From: Clostridiales bacterium
Lineage (GTDB): Bacteria; Actinomycetota; Coriobacteriia; Anaerosomatales; SLCP01
DNA: 64,000 bases
Direction: 5' to 3'
NCBI GenBank assembly: GCA_018333995.1
Contig: JAGXSG010000008.1
Location: forward strand, 207,210-271,209
Part shown: in pieces, positions 55,777-64,000 of the stretch
Numbering within the stretch: position 1 is the stretch's first letter
How the letters are laid out: every line of letters starts with the position of its first letter
The notes under the pieces: model-generated
Told to the model about the DNA's origin: nothing
Databases searched by the model: none
What the model saw: only the letters and a program-made list of their open reading frames with translations
Made by a program: the position numbers and the translations under genes

Positions 55777-56958
55777 ATGCGTGTGACGATGCTCAACAAG
55801 TATTACCCGCCGCACCTGGGCGGGATCGAGTTTCACATGCGTGACCTCGCGGAGGCGCTCGCATCGCGGTCAACCGCGCAGGTCCGCGTGATCGTCGCCA
55901 ACGAGGGGGCGAAGCGCGTCACCGAAGTGCTCAACGGGGTGGAGGTAGTTCGTCTGCCGAGATTGGCGCACGCAGCTTCGACACCGGTCGCCGCTGGCAT
56001 GCGAGCTGCCATCCAGCGCGAGTCGGCGCTCCCGCCCGAGAAGCGCCCCGACATCTTCCACCTGCACTTTCCGTACCCGTGGGGAGAGGTCTCATGGCTC
56101 GCCGCCGGCGGGGGCGGGCCGGTGCAGGGAAGCGTTGCGAGCGCCACCGCGCGGATTCCGGCGGTCGTCACGTACCACAGCGACATCGTGCGCCAGAAGG
56201 CGGGCCTTGCGATCTATCGGCCGCTGCTCGAGCGCTTTCTCGACCGCGTCGACCTCATCATAGCGAGCTCGCCTGACATGGTGGAGCACTCGGCGTTCCT
56301 CGCTCCGAGGGCCGCGAAATGCCGGGTCGTGCCGTTTGGCATCGATGTCGACGCCTTCGCCGCGACCCCGCAACGCACCGCCAGGGCCGAGACGCTTCGC
56401 CAGGGCCACACGCGGCCTATCGTGTTGTTCGTCGGGCGCCTCATCTACTACAAGGGCGCTGACGTGCTCCTCAAGGCGATGCGTGACGTCAATGCGGATC
56501 TCGTCATCATCGGCACCGGTCCGCTCGAAAGCGAGCTGCGTGAGATTGCGGCGAAGTCAGGGATGCTCGACAGGGTGACGTTCCTGCACTCCCAGCCGCT
56601 CGATGAGCTCGTCGCCTGGTACCACGCAGCGGACCTCTTTTGCCTGCCGAGCGTCGCGCGCTCCGAGGCGTTTGGGCTTGTGCAACTCGAGGCTCACGCG
56701 GCGGGCACTCCCGTTGTATCGACAACGCTGACCACAGGGGTTCCCTTCGTGAACCAGGACGGCGTCACAGGACTCACCGTTGCGCCGGGTGATGTCGAGG
56801 CGCTCGCACGCGCGCTGCGCACGCTCGTTGACGATCGAGCGCTGCGGGAGCGCTACGGCGCGCAGGCCCTGAAGCGGGCGAGGAGTGACTTCACCGTCGA
56901 GCGTATGGCCGCAGAAACGCTCGCAGTGTACGCCGAGGCGATCGAGGCCCGCGCGTGA
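55777..56958 (+). CDS. family 4 glycosyltransferase
   Basis: MRVTMLNKYYPPHLGGIEFH N-terminus and CLPSVARSEAFGLVQLEAHAAGTPVVST. Track start 55576 is an extension. Confidence 0.85.
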   Translation: MRVTMLNKYYPPHLGGIEFHMRDLAEALASRSTAQVRVIVANEGAKRVTEVLNGVEVVRLPRLAHAASTPVAAGMRAAIQRESALPPEKRPDIFHLHFPYPWGEVSWLAAGGGGPVQGSVASATARIPAVVTYHSDIVRQKAGLAIYRPLLERFLDRVDLIIASSPDMVEHSAFLAPRAAKCRVVPFGIDVDAFAATPQRTARAETLRQGHTRPIVLFVGRLIYYKGADVLLKAMRDVNADLVIIGTGPLESELREIAAKSGMLDRVTFLHSQPLDELVAWYHAADLFCLPSVARSEAFGLVQLEAHAAGTPVVSTTLTTGVPFVNQDGVTGLTVAPGDVEALARALRTLVDDRALRERYGAQALKRARSDFTVERMAAETLAVYAEAIEARA

Positions 56959-58364
56959 GCCGTCGCTCGTTCATCGCGCTCGCTCTCGTGTTCGACGCAC
57001 TATTCGTGAACGTGGGGATAGCCGCAGCGTTCTTCGTGCGTTTTGGCGGTATCCCACCCGCGTTCAACTTCAATGCATATCTCGGCCTTGCTCCCGTGAT
57101 TACCCTTGTCTACCTGGGTGCCTGCTACATCTACGGCCTCTACGAGCCCGAGCGCACAGAAGGTGCCTGGAGCATCTTCAGGTCCGTGTTCATGGCGGTC
57201 ACCCTCGGCGCGATCCTCACCGCGGCGATCGCCTTCCTCGCTGGTCCGCGCTTCTTCTCGTTCAGCCGGTTCGCTATCGCGCTTGGCTGGTTGTTCGACA
57301 TCGTGTTGCTCGTTGGATGGCGGCTGGCGTTTATGGCCGTCACTCAGATTCGCTGGCCCGAGCAGCGCGTGCTCGTGGTCGGGACGGGCAAGGTCGCCCG
57401 CGAACTTGCGCGAGAGCTCGCCAAACGAAGCCGCTGGGGCGTTCGCGTCGTCGGCTTTCTGTCCGCGGGCGCAGAAGAGGGAAGCGACGCGCCGGACACC
57501 CCGGATAAGCGCACGGAGTCCAGTGGACTCGCCGAGATCGACGGGCTGCCGCTTCTCGGCGGGCCGAGCGAAGCGGGCGCCGTGGCGGCTGCCCACGGTG
57601 TCCACAGAATCATCATCGTCTCGCCGGTCGAGCTGCGAGACGTGATCGAGCGGCTCGTCATAGTCGATGAGATAGACGTGCGAGTCGACGTCGTGCCCGA
57701 GCTCTACGAGGTGTTCATCGGCACGCTCGATGGAGTCGTCGCGGACATTCCGCTCATGGAGATTACCCGGACCGGGCGTCCCCGCTGGTACGGCGCGTTC
57801 AAGCGTGTGGTAGACGCCGTTTTCGCGTTCGCGTTGCTTGTCGCGCTCTCGCCACCGCTGATCGTGATAGCGATCGCCATCACGATTTCCATGGGGTGGC
57901 CGGTCCTCTACGTCCAAGAGCGGGTTGGCGCGCAGGGGCGTCCATTTAGGCTCTACAAGTTTCGCACAATGATTCGCGACGCCGAGTCAGCCTCCGGACC
58001 GGTGCTCGCCTCGACCGGTGATGCGCGGATCACCCCGTTCGGCCGGTTCTTGCGTACCTACCGGATCGACGAGCTCCCCCAGCTCGTGAACATCCTCAAA
58101 GGAGAAATGAGCTTTGTTGGCCCGCGTCCTGAGCGCCAGTACTTTGTCGAGCGGCACATCGCCGAGATTCCCGGCTACCGCGAGCGGTTTAAGATTCAGC
58201 CGGGCGTGACCGGGCTGGCGCAGGTTTCTGGAGATTATGCGACTACTCCCGAGCGCAAGCTGAAGTACGATCTCATCTATATGTATCATCAGAACCTGAT
58301 CATGGACCTGCAGATCATCGCGGAGACCATCCGGGTCGTCCTCACCGGGAAGGGCGCACGGTAG
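56955..58364 (+). CDS. polyprenyl-phosphate hexose-1-phosphate transferase (WbaP/bacterial sugar transferase family), initiating enzyme
   Basis: N-terminal TM block and C-terminal catalytic domain with KFRTM and DELPQLVNILKGEMSFVGPRP. GTG 56955 overlaps the upstream TGA. Confidence 0.9.
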   Translation: MSRRSFIALALVFDALFVNVGIAAAFFVRFGGIPPAFNFNAYLGLAPVITLVYLGACYIYGLYEPERTEGAWSIFRSVFMAVTLGAILTAAIAFLAGPRFFSFSRFAIALGWLFDIVLLVGWRLAFMAVTQIRWPEQRVLVVGTGKVARELARELAKRSRWGVRVVGFLSAGAEEGSDAPDTPDKRTESSGLAEIDGLPLLGGPSEAGAVAAAHGVHRIIIVSPVELRDVIERLVIVDEIDVRVDVVPELYEVFIGTLDGVVADIPLMEITRTGRPRWYGAFKRVVDAVFAFALLVALSPPLIVIAIAITISMGWPVLYVQERVGAQGRPFRLYKFRTMIRDAESASGPVLASTGDARITPFGRFLRTYRIDELPQLVNILKGEMSFVGPRPERQYFVERHIAEIPGYRERFKIQPGVTGLAQVSGDYATTPERKLKYDLIYMYHQNLIMDLQIIAETIRVVLTGKGAR

Positions 58365-58406
58365 GAAGGGCGCCCCCCAGACCATCCCGACGAAGGAGAA
58401 CGTGCA

Positions 58407-60554
58407 GTGGCCGCATCACGCAAGAAGAAGAAGGGCACCCCCTCCGGACAGGCGACGTCCACCGCGTCGGGCTGGGCGGCGATGACGAGCGCTCAGCGTG
58501 TGGCCTGGGTCTGCCTCCACGCGCTCGTGTTCTCCGTTCCGGTGGCTATGTCCAACTGGACGTGGGTTCCGGGTGTGATGATGCCGTTCACGGCCGACCA
58601 GTTCGACATCGTCAAGGTCTTCGTGCAACGCGGCATCACGCTCGTGGCATTCGCGGCATGGGCGTGGCACGTGCTCGTGAACGGGGGCACGGTCCGGCGC
58701 ACCAAAGTCGACTACCTCATCTTAGCCGTGCTCGGCTGGTACGCTCTGTCATCGATTTTCTCGATTCACCCGCCTACCGCCATCTTTGGCAAGTACCGCC
58801 GCTACGAGGGTCTGCTCTCGCTCGTCACGTACGCGATGATCTACTTTTTGGCGGTGCAGTTCCTGGACCGCCTCTCGCGGGTTCGCTCGATCGCACGCAC
58901 GCTCTTTTTTTCGGGCATCATCGTCAATGGCTACGGAGTCATGCAGTATCTGGGGCTTGACCCGCTCAGGTGGGGAACGTTGCCGTTCGAGGCGTATCGC
59001 TCCTTTTCAACGTTTGGCAACCCCGACCTTCTCGGCGGGTTCGTCGTGATCACTCTCGCGGTCTCGCTCGCCCTGGCTCTTTCGGAGTCTGATTTCCGAT
59101 GGCGCATCGTGTACTGGTCGGGATTCTTGATCGGCTCGGTGTGTTGGATCACCGCGTTCACTCGCGGAGCGTGGATTGGCGGAGCGGTGGCGCTCATCGC
59201 GCTCGGGGTCGCGGTGTGGCGCATGCGCGGGGCGAGCCGTATGACGCGGGTGGACTGGTCGTTTGCGGGCGCCATTGTAGCTGCGGTGAGCGTATTAGTC
59301 GTCCGCAGCCTCCAATCGCCGGACCCGGTCATGAACGTCGCCGCGAGGCTCGGGTCGATCCTCGAGTTCGATCAGGGGAGCGCTCTTACGCGCTTTCAGA
59401 TATGGGACGCCGCGTGGCGCGCGACTCTCGATCGGCCGATCTTCGGATTTGGTCCGGACACGTTCCGTCTCGTCTTTCCGGGCTACAAACCTATCGAGTA
59501 CACCGAGGCCGCCGGTTACCTCTCGGTTGCCGACAACGTCCACAACTACTTTCTCCAGCTCTCATCTTCGGTAGGCATACCCGGAATGTTGCTGCTCTAT
59601 GGGCTGTTCGCGTCCGTCGCGGTTCTTTCGGCGCGCAACGCCTTCAAGCGCGCCGAGTCAGACAAGGACGTTTCACGTCTCATTCTTGCGGGGATGTGGG
59701 CCGCTTCCGCCGGCTACGTCGTCAAACTCTTCTTTGGGCTCTCGGTCACCGGTGTGACGTTCCTGCTGTGGATCGCGATGGCCGCGCTCATGGCCCCTCT
59801 CGCACGTACTGTCGAGATCAGGCCGCCGTCATGGGGCGTCCCGGCCGCGCTCGTCATCTTTGCCGTGGCCGCGGTTGCCTCGTGGGGCAATCTCGTCTAC
59901 CTGATGGCCGACAACGCTCACCTCCAGACCAAAATCGGCGCCACATACGAGGAGCGTGTGGCCAGCGCCGAGACGGCGATCAGGCGCAACCCGTTCAATG
60001 ACATCTACCGAGCAGAGCTCGGGCTCGTGCACGCGGAAGCGTTCTCTTACCTCGCGTCGCAAATCAGGTTGGCCGAAAACCAGGGCCAGGACGCGACCAT
60101 GATGCGGGCTGAGGCACAGCGCGTGTTCAATCTCGCGGAGGCCGAGTTTCTAGAGACAATCGAGTTTGTCGAGTACGAGTACGACAACTACGTTTTTCTG
60201 GCGAATCTCTACAACAATGGCGTGGGCGTACTATCAGCCGAGTACAATGAGAAAGCGCTCGCGATCGGGCGCAGGGGTATCGCCGTCAGTGAGTTCGGGC
60301 CCGCGATACGCCTGCAATACGCCATAGCGCTCCTCGACGCCGGTGATATTGAGGAGGCCGAGAGGCAGATGCGGGCGGCGGTTGAGATGGACTCGCGCTT
60401 CGCCGACACGCACATGCTGCTTGCCGAGATCCTCGCCCAACGCGGTGACGCGGCCGGCGCGCTTGAGTACTACCAGAAGGTCAAGGCGATCGACCCCGCT
60501 TATCCTGGGATCGACGAGATGATCGCCAGAGTGGAGACGGTGACGGGGGATTAG
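58407..60554 (+). CDS. O-antigen ligase/polymerase-like (Wzy_C) membrane protein with C-terminal TPR domain
   Basis: About 12 TM helices with a Wzy_C-like loop region (ITAFTRGAWIGGAVALIALG). The last ~200 aa form TPR-like helical repeats (..AIRRNPFNDIYRAELGLV.., ..AVEMDSRFADTHMLLAEILAQRGDAAGALEYYQKVKAIDP). Confidence 0.8.
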   Translation: MAASRKKKKGTPSGQATSTASGWAAMTSAQRVAWVCLHALVFSVPVAMSNWTWVPGVMMPFTADQFDIVKVFVQRGITLVAFAAWAWHVLVNGGTVRRTKVDYLILAVLGWYALSSIFSIHPPTAIFGKYRRYEGLLSLVTYAMIYFLAVQFLDRLSRVRSIARTLFFSGIIVNGYGVMQYLGLDPLRWGTLPFEAYRSFSTFGNPDLLGGFVVITLAVSLALALSESDFRWRIVYWSGFLIGSVCWITAFTRGAWIGGAVALIALGVAVWRMRGASRMTRVDWSFAGAIVAAVSVLVVRSLQSPDPVMNVAARLGSILEFDQGSALTRFQIWDAAWRATLDRPIFGFGPDTFRLVFPGYKPIEYTEAAGYLSVADNVHNYFLQLSSSVGIPGMLLLYGLFASVAVLSARNAFKRAESDKDVSRLILAGMWAASAGYVVKLFFGLSVTGVTFLLWIAMAALMAPLARTVEIRPPSWGVPAALVIFAVAAVASWGNLVYLMADNAHLQTKIGATYEERVASAETAIRRNPFNDIYRAELGLVHAEAFSYLASQIRLAENQGQDATMMRAEAQRVFNLAEAEFLETIEFVEYEYDNYVFLANLYNNGVGVLSAEYNEKALAIGRRGIAVSEFGPAIRLQYAIALLDAGDIEEAERQMRAAVEMDSRFADTHMLLAEILAQRGDAAGALEYYQKVKAIDPAYPGIDEMIARVETVTGD

Positions 60555-60584
60555 GCGGCATCGCGCCGCATGAAGGAGAACGAC

Positions 60585-61229
60585 ATGGCTAGCGCTACCG
60601 CCACCGTACCGCCAACCACCGTGCAGCGCCTGCCGGTCTACTTGCGCTGCCTCATCCAGGCGCAAGCGATGCGGATGCCCGTGGTCAACTCGGTCCAGAT
60701 CGCCGAGATGGCGGGTACCAACGCGGCGCAGGTGAGGAAGGACCTGTCGTATCTCGGAGAGTTTGGGACGAGAGGCGTGGGATACGACGTCGAATCGCTC
60801 ATCACCCATCTGTCGCGGAGGCTCGGCATCGCGGAGCAGCGGAGGGTAGCGATCGTGGGCTACGGGCGTCTCGGCAGTGCGCTTCAGGGATATCACGGGT
60901 TCGATGAGCGTGGCATGAAGGTTGTGGCGGTCTTCGATGCGGATCCGGCCAAGGTAGGCGGGTCGGCTGACGGGCTCACCATCGAGCACGTCGACCGGCT
61001 CGAGTCGGTGATCGAGCGCGAGCAAGTCGAGATCGCGGTTCTCACCGTACCCGGCCCAGCGGCCCGGGCGGTCGCGGATCGCGTCGTGGCGGCTGGTGTC
61101 AGGGCGATCATGAACTTCGCGCCCGTACGGCTGATCGTGCCCGACGATGTTACCGTACGTCAGGCAGACATGGCAGCTGAACTGCAGATACTCGCCTTCC
61201 ACCTCAATCCGTCGGAAGCGATGGGATGA
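60585..61229 (+). CDS. rex: redox-sensing transcriptional repressor Rex
   Basis: Winged-helix motifs VQRLPVYLRCL and AQVRKDLSYLGEFGTRGVGYDV, with NADH Rossmann VAIVGYGRLGSAL. ATG 60585 lies 6 nt after AAGGAG. Confidence 0.9.
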   Translation: MASATATVPPTTVQRLPVYLRCLIQAQAMRMPVVNSVQIAEMAGTNAAQVRKDLSYLGEFGTRGVGYDVESLITHLSRRLGIAEQRRVAIVGYGRLGSALQGYHGFDERGMKVVAVFDADPAKVGGSADGLTIEHVDRLESVIEREQVEIAVLTVPGPAARAVADRVVAAGVRAIMNFAPVRLIVPDDVTVRQADMAAELQILAFHLNPSEAMG

Positions 61230-61852
61230 AAGCGCCGTCTGGCGGAAAGGGCCGGGCTTCCCAGTGGCTTATCGTGTGCACCGCGACCCTGTCGGTCGCG
61301 GTCGTGACCACGGGGGTGCTCGTCGCCGTGCAGTTGGTTCGCGCCCAAGCCCCCGGACTGGCAACGGGCGCGCGTTCCGGGGCGGTCGCGGGAACCCATA
61401 GCGCGTCGCCGTTCGTGGAGGCGGTGAGCCATCAACAAGCCGAGCGGTACCGGGATGCCCTCGAAGTGTACGAGGCGGTACTTGCCTCTGACCCAGACAA
61501 CATCGAAGCGCTGTATGGACGGGGGACCGCACTGCTCGATCTGGGGCGGGTAGATGACGCGGAGAAATCATTGCGGGCTGCTCTCGCGATCGACCCGCGA
61601 CACGTCGGCGCGGCCTACACTCTGGGTACGCACTATCTGGAAGCTGGGCGTCACAGCGAGGTGATCGAGGTCGTCGGTCCAGCGTCGGAGCACGCCTTGG
61701 GCGCTGCTGACACGGCGTGCCTGATGGCGCTCGCCTACGAGGGAATGGGTGACACCGCGATGGCCGAGAGGTACTACCGCAGAGCACTTGCGTACGTGCC
61801 TGATGCCTCGCTCGCGCTTGAGGGCCTTGCACGGCTAGGGGTGGGACCGTGA
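61226..61852 (+). CDS. membrane-anchored TPR repeat protein
   Basis: One TM helix (WLIVCTATLSVAVVTTGVLVAV), then 3-4 TPR units (ALEVYEAVLASDPDNIEALYGRGTALLDLGRVDDAEKSLRAALAIDP..). The ATG overlaps the rex TGA. Confidence 0.7.
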   Translation: MKAPSGGKGRASQWLIVCTATLSVAVVTTGVLVAVQLVRAQAPGLATGARSGAVAGTHSASPFVEAVSHQQAERYRDALEVYEAVLASDPDNIEALYGRGTALLDLGRVDDAEKSLRAALAIDPRHVGAAYTLGTHYLEAGRHSEVIEVVGPASEHALGAADTACLMALAYEGMGDTAMAERYYRRALAYVPDASLALEGLARLGVGP

Positions 61853-62976
61853 TCGATGAGAAGCGTGACGAGTCGGTTGAGCTTGAGCAAGCTGGCGGCG
61901 GGATTGCCAGGACCCCCTTGAGACTTCAGCCGCTCGCGTGGCTTTCTTTGCTGCTTGGGATCGCCCTCGTGGTGCTCCTCGTCGTCCTCGCGCTGCTGCT
62001 GAATCCGCGAGCGCTCGTCACGGAAGGTGGAGCGCCCGTAGGGGGCATCGAGCCCATCCTGTTGATCGAGGGGCCGGGACGAGGCGAAGCGCCGGCGTTC
62101 AACCGTCCGCTTGACGTTGCGTTCGGTATCAACGATCGCATCTACGTAGTCGACTCCGACAACAACAGGATCGCCGTCTTCTCGCGACAAGGAAGATTTC
62201 TCTTTGAGTTCGGCGGGTTTGGGATAACCAAACCCTCACCCGGGTTCGAGGCCACATGGGAGGAGGGTCTGCTGAACTTTCCCCTCGGCATTGATATCGA
62301 TGATGACGGGACCGTCTATATCGCCGATTTTCGCAACGATCAGATCCAGGTCTTCGACGCCGAAGGTGAGTTCATCCGGCGTTTTCCCGATCCCGCGACA
62401 AGAGTTGGAGCGGGGGCGTCGGGACAGGATGGAACGGGGATCGCCGTGACCTCACTCGCGGTCCACGACGGACATGTCTACGCCACAGACTCCTACCAGG
62501 TGGTCGTGTTTACCACTGAAGGTGAGTTTGTCCGGCAGTTTGGCAGACCCGGTGTCGGACCGGGCGAGTTCGACCGGCCCAACGGTATCGACGTCACCGA
62601 AGACGGAATGGTGGTGGTGGCCGACTCAAACAACTCCCGGATCCAGATGTTTACCTCTGATGGCGAGTTGGAGTGGGTGACGGGCGACAAGCGCCGTGTC
62701 ACGGCCCTGGGCGCGTCTGTGGAAGACCCTGATGCGGTGTTCGGTCTTCCACGAGGCGTGACCGTGCTAGACGACGGTACCATCGCGGTCGTGGATTCGT
62801 TTGAGTACGACATCGTGCTGCTCGCGCCAGACGGCAGGATTCTCGGTCGGCATGGTCAGCGGGGCGTCCAGCCAGGTGAGCTCAATCTGCCTAACGGCAT
62901 CAGCTCCTCAGGTGACCTGCTCGTGGTCGCTGACAAGGAGAACAACCGCATCCAGGTTCTTCGTCTTGCCAGGTAG
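61849..62976 (+). CDS. membrane-anchored NHL-repeat beta-propeller protein
   Basis: N-terminal TM helix (LSLLLGIALVVLLVVLALLL). About six NHL units of the type F..P.GI.vd.dG.vyVaDs.NnRIQvF...G.f. The GTG overlaps the upstream TGA. Confidence 0.8.
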   Translation: MIDEKRDESVELEQAGGGIARTPLRLQPLAWLSLLLGIALVVLLVVLALLLNPRALVTEGGAPVGGIEPILLIEGPGRGEAPAFNRPLDVAFGINDRIYVVDSDNNRIAVFSRQGRFLFEFGGFGITKPSPGFEATWEEGLLNFPLGIDIDDDGTVYIADFRNDQIQVFDAEGEFIRRFPDPATRVGAGASGQDGTGIAVTSLAVHDGHVYATDSYQVVVFTTEGEFVRQFGRPGVGPGEFDRPNGIDVTEDGMVVVADSNNSRIQMFTSDGELEWVTGDKRRVTALGASVEDPDAVFGLPRGVTVLDDGTIAVVDSFEYDIVLLAPDGRILGRHGQRGVQPGELNLPNGISSSGDLLVVADKENNRIQVLRLAR

Positions 62977-63142
62977 GAGTCCTTACGAAGATGGCACGCA
63001 GGTTGCGTGTATCACCAGTGAAGACAAGTGCATAGGTTCACGCTCGCTCCACACCCGGTACACGCCGTCTCCGTTTGTCGGACCACCGTCTGGCCTGGTA
63101 GTATGGGTTGTTGGGGGTACCGAGCGCATAGCATGATGGGAG

Positions 63143-64000
63143 ATGTACCGCCCAGTGATTCGCCCGCTGATCATTTTCGCCTTGGCGTGTCTATCCGCTC
63201 TGTCCCTCGCGGTGATACCTGCTTTTGCCTACGATGAGCTCGACCCGCCGTCTGGCCGCGCCTGTGTCGACTGCCACGGGTTCGCTCCCGACGACTCGGG
63301 CACCGGCGCCCCGCACGATAGATCTGGCCCGCACGGCGCGTACACGTCGACCACACAGAAGTGCCGAGTGTGCCACTCGGTCCACCAGGCGCCCAGCAGT
63401 TTCGTGCTCCTTCCCGCAGACACCGTCAAGGAAGTGTGCGAATCGTGCCATGACGGTACCGGCGGGCGTGGGGTCTACGGCGTGATCAAGGCACGCACGG
63501 GGGTTGATCCGTCCTCTGGTCACCGTGTGGGCGCGGACGCCACCCGGACGATCCCGGGAGGCAATCTCGACGGCACACCTCGCGCGGTGGTGTTCTCGGG
63601 TGTGAACGGGACTCTGACTTGCACCGATTGTCATTCGCCTCACGGTACGACGTCGCGGACCATCCAGCCATTCATTGGTGACAGGTACCGTTCCAGTGTA
63701 GCGACCGCTACGTTGCTCGAGACCACGTCGCAGCCGACAAACCGTTTGCTGCGCAACCGGCCCACCGGAGCCGAGACGACCGCTACCGTCTACGGGACCG
63801 GTTGGTGCGCGACGTGTCATCAGGGACATCTCGGAGGATCCGGGGGGGCGATGAACCATCCGGTCCAGCAAAACGATCACTTCTACTACAACTATCTGCC
63901 GGTACTCACCTCGCACGGCGCGAGCGAGACGGTTCTCGGCGAGCCGGGCCAAACGCGCCTTGGCGGGTCGAATCTCGGCTACCAGATGCCCGATTTGCGA
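63143..64000 (+). CDS. secreted multihaem c-type cytochrome, 3'-truncated by the window edge
   Basis: This frame is not listed in the ORF track because it never reaches a stop. Hand translation from ATG 63143 runs 286 codons without a stop. Signal peptide MYRPVIRPLIIFALACLSALSLAVIPAFA. Five CxxCH motifs: CVDCH 63263-77, CRVCH 63362-76, CESCH 63437-51, CTDCH 63620-34 and CATCH 63806-20. Confidence 0.85.
   Translation, partial: MYRPVIRPLIIFALACLSALSLAVIPAFAYDELDPPSGRACVDCHGFAPDDSGTGAPHDRSGPHGAYTSTTQKCRVCHSVHQAPSSFVLLPADTVKEVCESCHDGTGGRGVYGVIKARTGVDPSSGHRVGADATRTIPGGNLDGTPRAVVFSGVNGTLTCTDCHSPHGTTSRTIQPFIGDRYRSSVATATLLETTSQPTNRLLRNRPTGAETTATVYGTGWCATCHQGHLGGSGGAMNHPVQQNDHFYYNYLPVLTSHGASETVLGEPGQTRLGGSNLGYQMPDLR

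Noticed and set aside
63018-63041. GTGAA-N14-TTCAC inverted repeat between the rex operon and the cytochrome gene, as a possible Rex box
   Set aside because: Canonical Rex sites have a 4-nt spacer and T/A flanks. A 5-bp inverted repeat with free spacing is expected by chance in 166 bp. It is worth an EMSA only as a long shot.
63191-63952. 253-aa minus-strand ORF at the right end of the window
   Set aside because: The opposite strand encodes a signal peptide plus five CxxCH motifs in one uninterrupted frame. The minus-strand product is Arg-rich and motif-free.

Overview
High-GC (roughly 60-65% by eye) prokaryotic chromosomal segment. Gene content suggests an anaerobic, Gram-positive-type Actinomycetota, perhaps Coriobacteriia-like; this is an inference from CWB2 wall-binding repeats, DPPR-synthase-like UbiA, Rex and codon bias, not a database result. 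All calls come from reading the ORF track and the DNA, using motifs recalled from memory, with no searches run. Many start codons were moved downstream of the track starts, because open frames run long at this GC content. (1) 0.3-7.8 kb holds a variant System I cytochrome c maturation operon, ccmE-F-A-B-C-D plus a third CcsA/HemX-like membrane protein. (2) 7.8-20 kb holds an orphan KDSR-like SDR, then a tetrapyrrole cluster: hemA-hemC-hemD, tRNA-Ala(CGC), a small membrane ORF, hemB, an AhbD/NirJ-like radical SAM/SPASM enzyme, a 1139-aa S8 protease with three CWB2 repeats, and hemL. (3) 20-60.5 kb is a cell-envelope glycan locus of about 40 kb. It contains galU, a DPPR-synthase-like prenyltransferase, a WbpB/D/E-like diacetamido-sugar module with a 2-epimerase, and a 1767-aa secreted FN3/PKD/CBM-like protein with near-identical internal DNA repeats. 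It also has rfbB/rfbA, a thiolase with a DUF35::3-hydroxyacyl-CoA dehydrogenase fusion, a NeuD/PglD-type acyltransferase and an aminotransferase. The rest comprises mirrored GT2-GT4 cassettes, an MsbA-like ABC exporter, manC, a phosphomannomutase, a WbaP-type initiating transferase and a Wzy_C/TPR protein. (4) 60.6-64 kb holds a translationally coupled rex-TPR-NHL operon and a multihaem c-type cytochrome cut by the window edge. No rRNA, CRISPR, transposase, integrase or recognisable defence genes were seen. The strongest candidates for something undescribed are the thiolase + DUF35::HBD acyl-donor module inside the glycan operon, the tandem-OB Cys-type CcmE, and the rex-TPR-NHL-cytochrome neighbourhood.
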